Below are positions 10,554 to 21,006 of a DNA stretch of 64,000 nt, in pieces. The stretch's first letter is position 1. Every line of letters starts with the position of its first letter. The position numbers and the translations under genes are program-made. A model generated the notes under the pieces. The model saw only the letters and a program-made list of their open reading frames with translations. It ran no database searches and was not told where the DNA came from. This stretch comes from Bdellovibrionales bacterium (GTDB lineage: Bacteria > Bdellovibrionota > Bdellovibrionia > Bdellovibrionales > UBA1609), in the NCBI GenBank assembly GCA_965261545.1, contig CBDHDF010000006.1, positions 192,001 to 256,000 on the forward strand, in the 5' to 3' direction.

Positions 10554-11457
10554 AAATATTTTTCTTGGTAAAATCATAATATCATTATTAATCTTTTTGT
10601 TGCTGTCCTACCTAGTAGATTGGCATGCCGTACTCGATTGTTTACAACAGTTGAATCTATTTTGGTTCATCGTTGCATTGCTGGTGTTCTGGTTTGCACA
10701 GTTAATATCTTCACTACGATTTTTCTATATTGTTCGAGCCTTGGGTGGTGATATTCTTTTTTCAAAATCAATCATTGTGCATTTTATAGGCCTTTGGTTT
10801 AATCAGATTTTGCCTGGATCTTTGGGAGGGGATATATTAAAATTTTCTATTCTCATAAGGAACCTTGGGGCTAGCATGAGTCTTCGCGCATGCATCCTTG
10901 ACCGGTTAGCAGGGCTTATTTTTATGAATCTAGCGATTTTCATCACACTTCCACTTTATGCTAGGATCTTGCCCAAACAATGGATGGTTGTGGGGTTGAC
11001 TATTATGTCTAGTATTTTTTTGATGGCCCTTGTTGGGCTATCGTGGAGTTCCACATATTTACGGAAGTATTTTGAAGAAAGCGCCTGGATTTTAAAAATT
11101 ACTCAACTTCTTGCCGATATTTGCTCATTTCGAAGACCCATCTATTTTTTCCATCAATTTTGGACATCAGCAATTGTACATTTTAATGGTATTTTTAGTT
11201 ATGCACTTATGGGTATAGCCCTAAATATTGATATTGATATTCTAAATTTTGTTCTTATTGTACCACTGGTCTTCTTGATAGCCCTTCTTCCTATTTCTTT
11301 TGCGGGATGGGGAACTAGAGAAGTAGGGGCTATATGGTTGTTTGGTTTTATTGATGTGCCGTATGAGGAGGCTTTGTCTATGTCTGTTGCTTTTGGCTTT
11401 TTCCTCATTTTATCAGCACTGCCGGGTTTGGCCTTCACTGTTTTCTATCGGAGATAA
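10531..11457 (+). CDS. Lysylphosphatidylglycerol-synthase TM family / putative flippase
   Basis: NQILPGSLGGD, LPISFAGWGTRE; multi-TM. Confidence 0.85.
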   Translation: MKSIHVSRNIFLGKIIISLLIFLLLSYLVDWHAVLDCLQQLNLFWFIVALLVFWFAQLISSLRFFYIVRALGGDILFSKSIIVHFIGLWFNQILPGSLGGDILKFSILIRNLGASMSLRACILDRLAGLIFMNLAIFITLPLYARILPKQWMVVGLTIMSSIFLMALVGLSWSSTYLRKYFEESAWILKITQLLADICSFRRPIYFFHQFWTSAIVHFNGIFSYALMGIALNIDIDILNFVLIVPLVFLIALLPISFAGWGTREVGAIWLFGFIDVPYEEALSMSVAFGFFLILSALPGLAFTVFYRR

Positions 11458-11461
11458 AAAT

Positions 11462-13621
11462 ATGAATATTTTTTATAAAAATAATCGAGAAAATTTTTGG
11501 TCACTTCTTCTTTTTTCAATGTTATTTCTTATATTTTTTTATCAAGTCGATTATTTTCTTTTTCATTCAAATCTGAATGATGTTTTTCACAATACATGGA
11601 CCTACAATCGTAATTTACAAAATATTCTTTCACTTAAAAATCCTTTAACACCAAATATTTTATTTCCAGATATAAAATCATCTTACTATAGTGAGGTCAG
11701 TCTAGGAGATTCCATAATTTATGGTCTTGTTTTTCTTCCAACGGGGAATGATGTTGCCGGATATGCTTTTCTTTATTTTATTTCGAATGTATTAAGTGCT
11801 TTTTTTGCATTCAAGCTGGCACGTTTTTTCAATGCTTCATTTTTGCTGTCTATAGCATCAGGTATTGTTACGGGTTTTTTTTCATACCGATATTTTCAAT
11901 TTTCACATGTACAATTGTTGTCAATTTTTTGGTTGCTCGCGCCACTTTTTTTTAGCTTTCGTTACTTAGAAACAGGAAAAAAATCTAACTTATTACCCTT
12001 ATTTCTTCTTTTTGTATTGGCAAGCGATGGACCTTCCTATGATTTTGTAACATTAATCATTGTTGCACTAGTTGCCATGGTGACCTTGTTTTCCATGATG
12101 AAAGATTGTATTGCGAGAAAGCGATTTATGATGATTAGCTTCTTAGCTCTGTTGGCTATGCTTGTTAATTCCTGGATCTGGGTTGGCTATTTTGATCTAT
12201 TTATGGACGGACATAGTCGAGTCGCTCATGAATTCTCTGTATTTAAAAATGACCTGATTTATTTCTTTAATCCTCGTTCTATGAGCTATGCAGATATTTT
12301 ACCTTCCTATATGAAATCTCAAAGAAATTATAGGTTTTTTTCTGGCTTTATTGCACTTTTTTTTATTTTGAGTTCTTTTGGAATTTTTATAAGAAGAAAA
12401 CAATTCTTTGAGACAATTTCAGGTAATAAGAGTTATTTCTTAAAAGCTCTATTCTTTTCATCATGTATTTTGTTTTTAATATCTCTTGGTGAAAGGATTA
12501 CACTCTTGGGGCTTCAACTTTTTCCTAACTATTTTTTTATTGTATTAACCAAAACCCCACTTCTTGGCGCGACGCGTTTTATAGCTCATTATGCTTATCC
12601 GGCAATAAGTCTTTTGTCGATAGTCTCAGCTGTGCGACTTACAAGGACGTCTCTTTTTAGTGGAAACAAATCTTTACGAATCGGTCTTATTTTCGTCCTT
12701 TTTATGTTGATAGAGATGTATCCTAATGATCCCGAACACTCAAGTCATCGATCTTTTCCAAAATCTCCTTTGTATGACTTTCTTGGTACACTCAGGCAAG
12801 GTGCAGGTGCTATCTATTTACCCTTCAGTAGGAAGGCGGATGATATTTCTTTTACACGGCAGTTTGAATATATGAGATATGCTCATTCTCATTCTTTATG
12901 GATAGTCAACGGAATTTCAGGGTTCTACCCTCATGAATATAGAAAAGCGACTAAATCTTTTACTAGATTTCCGTCATTTAAATCATATGCATGGATTGCA
13001 CGCAATAATTTAACTTATATCATCTTGGATAAACGGTCTCCTGAATATATCAATGATATAGAATACGATAATATACGGAAATGCAATTTTTTCATTCCAT
13101 TGTACCAAGGTAGAGAATTCGAAGTCTTTGAAATCAAAAATCCATCACTCATTATTAATGAATGTGGTTCCGATATGGTAGAGCCTATAGAATTAGGTAA
13201 AATATATAATTTAAGAAGTGGCTCACTTTATGATCACTCGATTCAAATTATGACAGGTTGGTCTGAACCGGAAGACTGGGGTATTTGGACCGAGAGACCT
13301 AAAGCTCAAATATTAGTTTTTGTGCCTGCTGATACAAGAGCGAAGGGATATTCACTCTACTTCAAGGCACAAGCTTTTGGTAAACAGGGAGAGAGGAAAA
13401 AAGTTGGCGTTTTAGTCAATGATAAATTCATAACGGACATATATTTTACAGCGAGACATAAACAGGAAGAAATGAAAATAAAAATACCACCAAGTATAAT
13501 TCAAAATCGAGAGATTCGTATTGAATTTCTTATATATAATCCTGAATCTCCAGCTGATTTGGGTTTGTCTTCTGATTTGCGTAAATTAGGAATTGGATTG
13601 ATTAGTTTTGGAGTATTTTAA
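11462..13621 (+). CDS. Polytopic membrane protein, GT-C/YfhO-like glycosyltransferase with periplasmic C-terminal domain
   Basis: Many TM helices, HVQLL, IVNGISGFYP; C-terminal GWSEPEDWGIWT...SPADLGLSSDLRKLG. Confidence 0.6.
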   Translation: MNIFYKNNRENFWSLLLFSMLFLIFFYQVDYFLFHSNLNDVFHNTWTYNRNLQNILSLKNPLTPNILFPDIKSSYYSEVSLGDSIIYGLVFLPTGNDVAGYAFLYFISNVLSAFFAFKLARFFNASFLLSIASGIVTGFFSYRYFQFSHVQLLSIFWLLAPLFFSFRYLETGKKSNLLPLFLLFVLASDGPSYDFVTLIIVALVAMVTLFSMMKDCIARKRFMMISFLALLAMLVNSWIWVGYFDLFMDGHSRVAHEFSVFKNDLIYFFNPRSMSYADILPSYMKSQRNYRFFSGFIALFFILSSFGIFIRRKQFFETISGNKSYFLKALFFSSCILFLISLGERITLLGLQLFPNYFFIVLTKTPLLGATRFIAHYAYPAISLLSIVSAVRLTRTSLFSGNKSLRIGLIFVLFMLIEMYPNDPEHSSHRSFPKSPLYDFLGTLRQGAGAIYLPFSRKADDISFTRQFEYMRYAHSHSLWIVNGISGFYPHEYRKATKSFTRFPSFKSYAWIARNNLTYIILDKRSPEYINDIEYDNIRKCNFFIPLYQGREFEVFEIKNPSLIINECGSDMVEPIELGKIYNLRSGSLYDHSIQIMTGWSEPEDWGIWTERPKAQILVFVPADTRAKGYSLYFKAQAFGKQGERKKVGVLVNDKFITDIYFTARHKQEEMKIKIPPSIIQNREIRIEFLIYNPESPADLGLSSDLRKLGIGLISFGVF

Positions 13622-13955
13622 GAAAAAATTTTAGGCTGTCATGAAGCGGAGAAAGATACAGGAGCGACTTAATTCTTCTCCTTTTTGGGCCCTGGATGGG
13701 GGGTGAAAACTACCCAGTTCATTTCCCCGAGATTTTGTTGTGTGCCTTTGAGAGTGAGAATAACAACTTGATGAACGGAAGCTGATGGGCTATAAATTAC
13801 ATGATTTACTTAAAAAAATCCACCTTATTGTAAGGGAAATCCAAAGAAAGGTCATTAATGGTATTATACAATATTTTGATTCTGATCGAAGTATTATGGA
13901 ATAGTTATATAAGCAAAAATAATACTGCGCGCCATAGAGAGACGTCGGAGAGACG

Positions 13956-14753
13956 GTGCCTTGCGTTATGATGCGAAGTCTCTATCGCTATCGCTATTTT
14001 GTATTGAGTTCCATCAAAAATGATGTCATTCATCGTTACGCGCGTAGTCGACTTGGGATAGTTTGGAACGTACTAAACCCTTTGGCCTTGGTGTTAATAT
14101 ATGCCTTTGTCTTTTCAAATGTTATGCAATCGAAGTTTCCCAATATTGAATCTAAATATGGTTATACTATCTATTTGATATCAGGGCTGATGGGGTGGAA
14201 CTTATTTAGTGAAATTCTTTTGCGAAGTACCACAGTTTTTATTGATAGTGCCAATTTGATAAAAAAGATGAGCTTTCCTATATCGACATTGCCTTTGATT
14301 GTCTTTGGCATTGCCATAATAAATTTCTTTTTTCTGTCATGTGCCATTTTTTTCCTACTTATTTTCTTAGATAATGCATTTTCTTGGTCTATGCTCTGGC
14401 TTGTCCCGGTCACTCTTCTTTTATCTGCATTTTCCCTTTCTTTGGGAACAATTCTGGGGATGTTCAATGTATTTGTGCGTGATATTGGTCAGGCCATCCC
14501 TATAATATTGCAAATGACTTTTTGGGTGACACCTATTGTTTACCCTGTTTCAATTATCCCAGAGTGGTATTCCTCTGTTCTTCGTTACAATCCCATATAT
14601 CTGTTTATTGATAGTTACCATCGTATTATGGCCTTTCAAAAGGCACCTCATTGGGCGAACCTTCTTATTGCTTTTGGTATTACATTGGTTTTAATGATTT
14701 TATGCCTATTCTTATTTCGCCGTGCCAAAGGCGACATTCAGGATGGGATTTAG
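13956..14753 (+). CDS. wzm: ABC-2 polysaccharide exporter permease
   Basis: RYARSRLGIVWNVLNPL, NLIKKMSFP, RDIGQ, FWVTPIVYP. Confidence 0.9.
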   Translation: MPCVMMRSLYRYRYFVLSSIKNDVIHRYARSRLGIVWNVLNPLALVLIYAFVFSNVMQSKFPNIESKYGYTIYLISGLMGWNLFSEILLRSTTVFIDSANLIKKMSFPISTLPLIVFGIAIINFFFLSCAIFFLLIFLDNAFSWSMLWLVPVTLLLSAFSLSLGTILGMFNVFVRDIGQAIPIILQMTFWVTPIVYPVSIIPEWYSSVLRYNPIYLFIDSYHRIMAFQKAPHWANLLIAFGITLVLMILCLFLFRRAKGDIQDGI

Positions 14754-14755
14754 AA

Positions 14756-15973
14756 ATGTTAGAAGTATCGAATCTCAGCAAATCTTATAAAATATCTCAT
14801 TCTCAATGGAAATATTTTGCACATTGGTTTGGATTCAAAAGTAACTCATTCTCAGAGAAGTGTGTGTTGAAAAATGTGAATTTTTCTATGCAAGCGGGGG
14901 AGGCTCTTGGGGTTATTGGCTGTAATGGGGCAGGAAAAAGTACACTTCTACAGATCATTGCTGGCACGATCTTTCCGTCGTCGGGTCACGTACATTATCA
15001 GGGGCATATCGCTGCGATTTTGGAGCTTGGAGTGGGATTTCATTCAGAGCTAACAGGTCGGCAGAACGCCTACCATGTGGCTTCTATGAATGGGTTCTCA
15101 GGTGCAGAGCTTCATAATGCTATCGAGCAGACTTTCGAATTTTCCGAGATTGGAGATTATTTTGATCAACCTGTACGTACATATTCCAGTGGTATGCAAA
15201 TGCGTGTTGCTTTTTCAGTGCTTACGGCGAGACGACCAGATGTTTTACTTGTTGATGAAGCATTTTCTGTAGGTGATGCTTATTTTCAGCATAAAAGCTT
15301 TGATCGGATTCGTGGGCTTCAAAAGGAGGGAACCTGTTTGATTTTGGTTTCCCATGACCGAAATGCAATTGCAAATATTTGCAACCGAGCTTTGCTTCTT
15401 GAAAACGGGAATGTGGCTATGGATGGGAAGCCAGAACAAGTGTTGGACTATTACAATGCAACACTTAGTGAAAGCTCAGTTCATACCATTCAAGCAAAGC
15501 CTCTTAAGGATGGAAATTTTCAAGTAAAATCGGGAACCGGAGAGGCCACACTGACAGAAATTCTTCTTTTTGATAGTTGTGGAAAAAACACTGAAATTCT
15601 TAAGGTGGGGGAAAAGGTTAAGTTGGAGTTGCGAGTGCGAGTTTTTGAGTCTGTTGAGACGTTGGTTTTGGGTTTTGGTATAAAAGATCGTATGGGACAG
15701 GTCTTGTACGGTACAAATACTTGGCATACCAAGCAAATTATTGATAACCCCAAGGTGGGAGACGAATTCATGTTTACCATTGAATTTGAAGCCAACTTTA
15801 ATGTGGGGAACTACTCAGTGCAAACAGCATTAACGGATAGCGAGACTCATTTACATGCCAATTATGAGTGGTTGGATTACGCTTTGGTGTTTGAAGTCAT
15901 CAATACGAACAAGCCATTCTTTACGGGGACGCAATGGAATGATTCAAAGATTGAAATTGAGAAGATCACATAA
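14756..15973 (+). CDS. wzt: ABC polysaccharide exporter ATPase with C-terminal Wzt_C carbohydrate-binding domain
   Basis: GCNGAGKST, YSSGMQMR, LLVDE, SGTGEA-type C-terminal domain. Confidence 0.9.
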   Translation: MLEVSNLSKSYKISHSQWKYFAHWFGFKSNSFSEKCVLKNVNFSMQAGEALGVIGCNGAGKSTLLQIIAGTIFPSSGHVHYQGHIAAILELGVGFHSELTGRQNAYHVASMNGFSGAELHNAIEQTFEFSEIGDYFDQPVRTYSSGMQMRVAFSVLTARRPDVLLVDEAFSVGDAYFQHKSFDRIRGLQKEGTCLILVSHDRNAIANICNRALLLENGNVAMDGKPEQVLDYYNATLSESSVHTIQAKPLKDGNFQVKSGTGEATLTEILLFDSCGKNTEILKVGEKVKLELRVRVFESVETLVLGFGIKDRMGQVLYGTNTWHTKQIIDNPKVGDEFMFTIEFEANFNVGNYSVQTALTDSETHLHANYEWLDYALVFEVINTNKPFFTGTQWNDSKIEIEKIT

Positions 15974-16029
15974 GGTTCACATGGGACTTAGTAGAAGCTT
16001 CGCTGCATTGAGATGGAGATTCAAATGAA

Positions 16030-17337
16030 ATGAGTAATATATGTGTGGTTGGTCTTGGCTATGTTGGTTTGACGCTGGCGGTGTATCTTGCTCGACAAGG
16101 TCTCCAGGTTCATGGTGTTGAGATATCCAATGAAATTTTGCAATCTCTCAAAAGGAAGAAGGCTCATTTTTATGAGGACCATTTTGACATCCATCTTGAA
16201 AAAGCCATAGACAATGGCCTTTTCACTTACGGTGATCAATACACTGAGAGCCCTGAAAAAACAGTTTATATTATCACTGTGGGGACACCCCTTGGTACGG
16301 ATGGCCTAGTCCATCTCACTTCATTGCAAACTGTCATCGACAACATTGCCAAGGAGCTAAAAGATGATGACATTATTGTTTTACGATCCACAGTCAAGCT
16401 TGGTACCACCCAAGGCATGATCAAAGAAGCCTTGGGTAAGACAGGAAAAACCTACTATCTCGGCTTTTGTCCTGAACGTACCTTAGAAGGTTCTGCTTTT
16501 AAAGAATTGTCGTCATTGCCACAGATTATTTCTGGCATCAATGATGATTCTCTTAAAGAGATTGAAATGTTTTTCAAATCAATTTTCAGGGAAACTGTGG
16601 CTATGAAATCTGTGGAAGAGGCTGAAATGGTGAAACTCCTCAATAACTCTGAACGAGACTTAATGTTTGCTGTTGGCAATGAAGTTGCGCTTATGTGCGA
16701 AGAAAAAGGGCTAGATGCCTATCGCATCATTCAGGCCGCCAACTATCAGTATCCTCGCTCAAATTTAAAAAAACCTGGTCCTGTGGGTGGGCCCTGTCTT
16801 GAGAAAGATCCTTATATCCTTACCGAAGGCTTTAAAAAGGCTTCATATCAGCCGTCTCTTTTTACGGCAGGGCGTAAGGTGAATGAAAGTATTATCCGTG
16901 GTGGTTTGAAACGTTTTTTGGAGCGCAAGGAAGTGCAAGGGAGCATTGTGCCGACGAAGGTTGCTGTATTAGGTTTTGCTTTCAAGGGGATTCCATCGAC
17001 GGGTGATGTCCGTGGCAGTCTTGTTTGTGATGTGGTCAACACGATTAAAAACTACTTTCCTTATGCAAAAATTATAGGACATGACTACTTGGCCACATCG
17101 TATGATATGCGCCGGGCGGGTGCCCTTGAGGGTCTCAACGACTTGAAAAGCGTGTTAAAAGATGCTGATATGGTGATTTTGCAAAATAACCATCCCTTCT
17201 ATAAGCGTGAGGACTGGGCAAATTTGCAACAACTCATGGGTAAAGGGGCGTGGATTTACGATTTTTGGAATCAGTTGGAGGGAGTTGAATTTTTAGATGG
17301 GAGGTTCTATCATGTTTTTGGTAGGGGGAAAGTGTGA
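16030..17337 (+). CDS. Nucleotide-sugar dehydrogenase (UDP-HexNAc/GDP-Man dehydrogenase family)
   Basis: GLGYVG, TVGTP, CPERTLEG, GGPCLEKD, GFAFKG. Confidence 0.9.
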   Translation: MSNICVVGLGYVGLTLAVYLARQGLQVHGVEISNEILQSLKRKKAHFYEDHFDIHLEKAIDNGLFTYGDQYTESPEKTVYIITVGTPLGTDGLVHLTSLQTVIDNIAKELKDDDIIVLRSTVKLGTTQGMIKEALGKTGKTYYLGFCPERTLEGSAFKELSSLPQIISGINDDSLKEIEMFFKSIFRETVAMKSVEEAEMVKLLNNSERDLMFAVGNEVALMCEEKGLDAYRIIQAANYQYPRSNLKKPGPVGGPCLEKDPYILTEGFKKASYQPSLFTAGRKVNESIIRGGLKRFLERKEVQGSIVPTKVAVLGFAFKGIPSTGDVRGSLVCDVVNTIKNYFPYAKIIGHDYLATSYDMRRAGALEGLNDLKSVLKDADMVILQNNHPFYKREDWANLQQLMGKGAWIYDFWNQLEGVEFLDGRFYHVFGRGKV

Positions 17338-18809
17338 AACATAAAGTCTTAGTTGATATCTCTCTTGCACATATAAGTTCTGGATTTTCTGGTATTCCAC
17401 AAGATGCAAGGTTGTTATTTGGTAATTTGATGAATTCACAGAGATTAGAGTTGGCGGGGCTCATTTATAGTTCTGGGGAGAATATTTTTTATCGCAAATA
17501 CAAAAACGATCTGGCAACAACCTCTGTATTTCTTGGGATTCATTTAAATGGTTATTCGAAGACCTCTGAGAATGGTATAGCTCAGAAGGTTTTTGCGAAG
17601 CTTTCTCCTAGACTCCACCGTTATGTGATGTCCTTCTTATATAGCCTGCCATATAAATTTACACTCAATTCTTTGGATATGGATGCTTTTGGGGATATGA
17701 TTTGGCGTAGCTTTTTTTCTTCAACTTTGGATGTGGCTTTGTCTAAGGAGTTATTCAAGAAAAAAATGTTCTGGTCTGGTATGTCTGCAGTTCGTATTTT
17801 AAATGGCGCTCTTGGAAAATTACCTATTTGCGAACTTGATAGCCGGGGTTTTGATTTTACTTTGCTTCAAGATGTTCGTGCTGTGAAACTCTCACATGAG
17901 ACGCAAAAAATAATTCGATATCATGATGCTTTGCCGGTCTTTGCCTCCGATACCTTTGGTAATGAACTCCATACACTGGGACATATTCATGCCATTAAAA
18001 AGTGTGCTGAAGACTCTATTTTTGTGTGTAATTCCACCAACTCGGTGAATGAACTATCTAGAATTTCTCAAAAAGCTGCCGATAAGGCCCATGTGATTCC
18101 TTGTTTGTTGCCTCCTATGGAAAGAAAAGACGTCACACGCAAGGTTCTGGAGAAAATCTGCCTGATTCGTCGCTCAAGCAGCACTCAGCCCACAAACCAA
18201 GAAACCGACATTCAAAAATGGTTGGGGCAGGGCGAAGATATTCCTCCATTTATCATGAGCCTCGCCACTATTGAGCCACGCAAGAATTATATTGGCTTGA
18301 TTGAGGCTTGGCTAAGACTGCGTTATGAAACAGGTAGGGATATCAAATTGATGATTGTTGGCCGCCCGGGTTGGCTATTTAAAAAAACGTTGAGAGTTAT
18401 GCGGCCACTTGTTAAATCTGGTGACCTCATGCACCTGGAAGGTGTGGCACAATTGGAGCTACCCTATCTTTATTCGGCTGCAAGCTGTTTTGTGTTTCCC
18501 AGTTTTTGTGAGGGTTTTGGTTTGCCACCCAACGAAGCGATGCAATGCGGCTGTCCGGTGACTGTATCTGATATCCCGGCCCATCGTTATTCGGTGGGTG
18601 ATGGGGCTCTTTATTTCAATCCCTACGATCAAAAGGATATGTCCCATAAAATGGGTTTGCTTATGGACAAGCAAAAAAATCAGACATTGATTGATGATTT
18701 TATTGAGAAGGGGTATTCCAATGTGAAGCGTTACTCTGGGGAGGCTGTGTTGCCACAGTGGGAAGGCTTGTTTGACCGGTTTAAAAAAGATAAAGTAGGT
18801 CTTCAGTGA
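17334..18809 (+). CDS. GT4 glycosyltransferase
   Basis: TIEPRKN, FPSFCEGFGLPPNEAMQCG. Confidence 0.9.
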   Translation: MKHKVLVDISLAHISSGFSGIPQDARLLFGNLMNSQRLELAGLIYSSGENIFYRKYKNDLATTSVFLGIHLNGYSKTSENGIAQKVFAKLSPRLHRYVMSFLYSLPYKFTLNSLDMDAFGDMIWRSFFSSTLDVALSKELFKKKMFWSGMSAVRILNGALGKLPICELDSRGFDFTLLQDVRAVKLSHETQKIIRYHDALPVFASDTFGNELHTLGHIHAIKKCAEDSIFVCNSTNSVNELSRISQKAADKAHVIPCLLPPMERKDVTRKVLEKICLIRRSSSTQPTNQETDIQKWLGQGEDIPPFIMSLATIEPRKNYIGLIEAWLRLRYETGRDIKLMIVGRPGWLFKKTLRVMRPLVKSGDLMHLEGVAQLELPYLYSAASCFVFPSFCEGFGLPPNEAMQCGCPVTVSDIPAHRYSVGDGALYFNPYDQKDMSHKMGLLMDKQKNQTLIDDFIEKGYSNVKRYSGEAVLPQWEGLFDRFKKDKVGLQ

Positions 18810-19786
18810 CGGCATTAAAAATTCTTGTCACGGGGGGGGCTGGTGCCATTGGTTACCAACTCGCAAGGGCTTTGGCCGAGCGTGGTGACGAGGTTATTAT
18901 TGCAGATAATTACATCCGTAGTCAAAGGGACCAAGAGTTGGTGGGCCTTTTGTCAAGGCCCAATGTGTATGAGTTGAACATCGATCTGAGCAATGATGGA
19001 CTTTACGATCAGTTGCCCAGTGATGTGGACTACATCTATCATTTGTGTGCCTTTAACGGCACACAGAATTTTTATGAACATTCCTTTGCCGTGTTGACTC
19101 ATTCCACTTTGCCGACCATCCATTTGTTACGAAAGTATGGAAAGAGCCAAAGACTGAAGCGCTTTATTTATGCAGGAAGCTCAGAAGCCTATGCTTGCAG
19201 TGTTTCTTGCTTCAATTGGGAGATTCCCACCGATGAAACCGTCCCCTTGGGCATTGAAGATCCACTGAACCCGCGTTGGTCTTATGGTGGCTCAAAAATG
19301 CATGGTGAATTGGCCGCTGTGGCTGCCAACAACGAGTTAGGTACGCCTTTTACTATTCTTCGTTATCACAATATTTACGGCCCGCGTATGGGTGACAAAC
19401 ATGTCATCCCAGATTTTATAGTGCGTGCTAAGCAGGGTGTCTATGCCCTTTATGGCTATGAAGATACCCGTTCCTTTCTTTATGTCTCTGATGCTGTGAA
19501 TGCCACCATCGCATGTGCAGAAAGTCAGAAAACCCTTGGCTCCATTGTTCACCTTGGCAGCGATCAAGAGATAAATATACTTGAACTTGGAAAATTGATG
19601 ATGAAAATCATGGGAAAAAATGACGAAATCACTCTCCACCCTTCGCCCCGCGGAAGTGTCAAAAGAAGAGCTCCCAATGTGGGAAAATTAAAAAGTGTTA
19701 TCAGATTTGAACCCAAAATCAGCCTTGAGGAGGGTTTAAAAAAAACAATGGAATTTTATGCACCAGAACTACTGGATCAGAGCTAA
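18806..19786 (+). CDS. NAD-dependent epimerase/dehydratase
   Basis: TGGAGAIG, YGGSK, RYHNIYGPR. Confidence 0.9.
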   Translation: MTALKILVTGGAGAIGYQLARALAERGDEVIIADNYIRSQRDQELVGLLSRPNVYELNIDLSNDGLYDQLPSDVDYIYHLCAFNGTQNFYEHSFAVLTHSTLPTIHLLRKYGKSQRLKRFIYAGSSEAYACSVSCFNWEIPTDETVPLGIEDPLNPRWSYGGSKMHGELAAVAANNELGTPFTILRYHNIYGPRMGDKHVIPDFIVRAKQGVYALYGYEDTRSFLYVSDAVNATIACAESQKTLGSIVHLGSDQEINILELGKLMMKIMGKNDEITLHPSPRGSVKRRAPNVGKLKSVIRFEPKISLEEGLKKTMEFYAPELLDQS

Positions 19787-19792
19787 AGGGGT

Positions 19793-20914
19793 GTGATGAA
19801 AATTGGACTTTCAACATCCTCCATTGAGAGGGAGCGAAACCATGGAGTCCTTGATGGGATGGGTCATTACACGATTCAATTGATGAAAAATTTGAAGTCC
19901 ATGAATCATGAAGTTGAGGGATTTGCATTTCCTCGGGTTTTTAAAAAAATAAATTTTCAAAACAGTTCTTCTTTTCCTAAATCATTTCCTGAGCATATGC
20001 TTTGGTCTTATTTTCAATTTAAAATGCCTTATGATTTAGGTAGTGATGTAGATATTTTCCACTGTACGGATTACAAGATGATTCCTGTGACCTGTCCTGT
20101 GGTTGCCACTATTTGGGATGCCATTCCCTTTGTACACCCTGAGTGGTTCCCAGGATATCTTAGGAGTCGAATTAGTTCTATTTTTCTCAAGCGCAGTGCA
20201 GAATACGCCAATAGGGTGATAGCGGTTTCCGAACATGCTGCAAAGGACCTCGTCAAATATTTTGGGATTTGCGAAGATCGTATAGAAATCATACCTTGGT
20301 GTATAAGTGACAAATGGCTTTCAAAATATAGTCAAGGGGAGATTGAATCTGTTTGCTCAAGATACAATATTTCTACGGATTATATTTTAACAGTGGGAAC
20401 ACTTCAGCCTAGAAAAAACTTTGGAAGAGTCATTGATGCATTTGTGGCATTACCAGATAAATTGCGTACTAATTTAAAGTTGTTGATCGTCGGAAAATAT
20501 GGCTGGATGAGTGAGGATCTTGTCAAAAAAATTCATGCTTATACAAATTCAGGTGATGTTTTGTGGTTGAAAAATGTAGAAAATGATTGTGATTTACAAT
20601 CATTGTATCAAGGGGCTAGGGCTTTTGTCTTTCCCTCTCTCTACGAAGGCTTTGGAATGCCTGTGTTGGAAGCCTTTGCAAGTGGAGTTCCAGTGATTAC
20701 GAGTAACACCACGTCTATTCCCGAAGTCTGTGGTGATGCGGCTTTACAAGTAGACCCATCTTCCACCAAACAAATTACGGATGCCATTGACTTCATATTG
20801 AAAGATGGGGCTGCCTCCAGAGATTTCGTAAAAAATGGTTATAAGCGGTTAAAGCTTTTCAACGAATATGACATGATGGCTAAAATTGTTGGTCTCTACA
20901 AGAAATTACTGTAG
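19793..20914 (+). CDS. GT4 glycosyltransferase
   Basis: GTLQPRKN, FPSLYEGFGMPVLEA. Confidence 0.9.
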   Translation: MMKIGLSTSSIERERNHGVLDGMGHYTIQLMKNLKSMNHEVEGFAFPRVFKKINFQNSSSFPKSFPEHMLWSYFQFKMPYDLGSDVDIFHCTDYKMIPVTCPVVATIWDAIPFVHPEWFPGYLRSRISSIFLKRSAEYANRVIAVSEHAAKDLVKYFGICEDRIEIIPWCISDKWLSKYSQGEIESVCSRYNISTDYILTVGTLQPRKNFGRVIDAFVALPDKLRTNLKLLIVGKYGWMSEDLVKKIHAYTNSGDVLWLKNVENDCDLQSLYQGARAFVFPSLYEGFGMPVLEAFASGVPVITSNTTSIPEVCGDAALQVDPSSTKQITDAIDFILKDGAASRDFVKNGYKRLKLFNEYDMMAKIVGLYKKLL

Positions 20915-21006
20915 TCCATCATAGGATTGAGGCTTTCCTACTGAAACCTAGTGGGCATAGTCTGAAAAGTTATAATAATCTGATCAGTTATAGAAGTTCT
21001 ATATTT

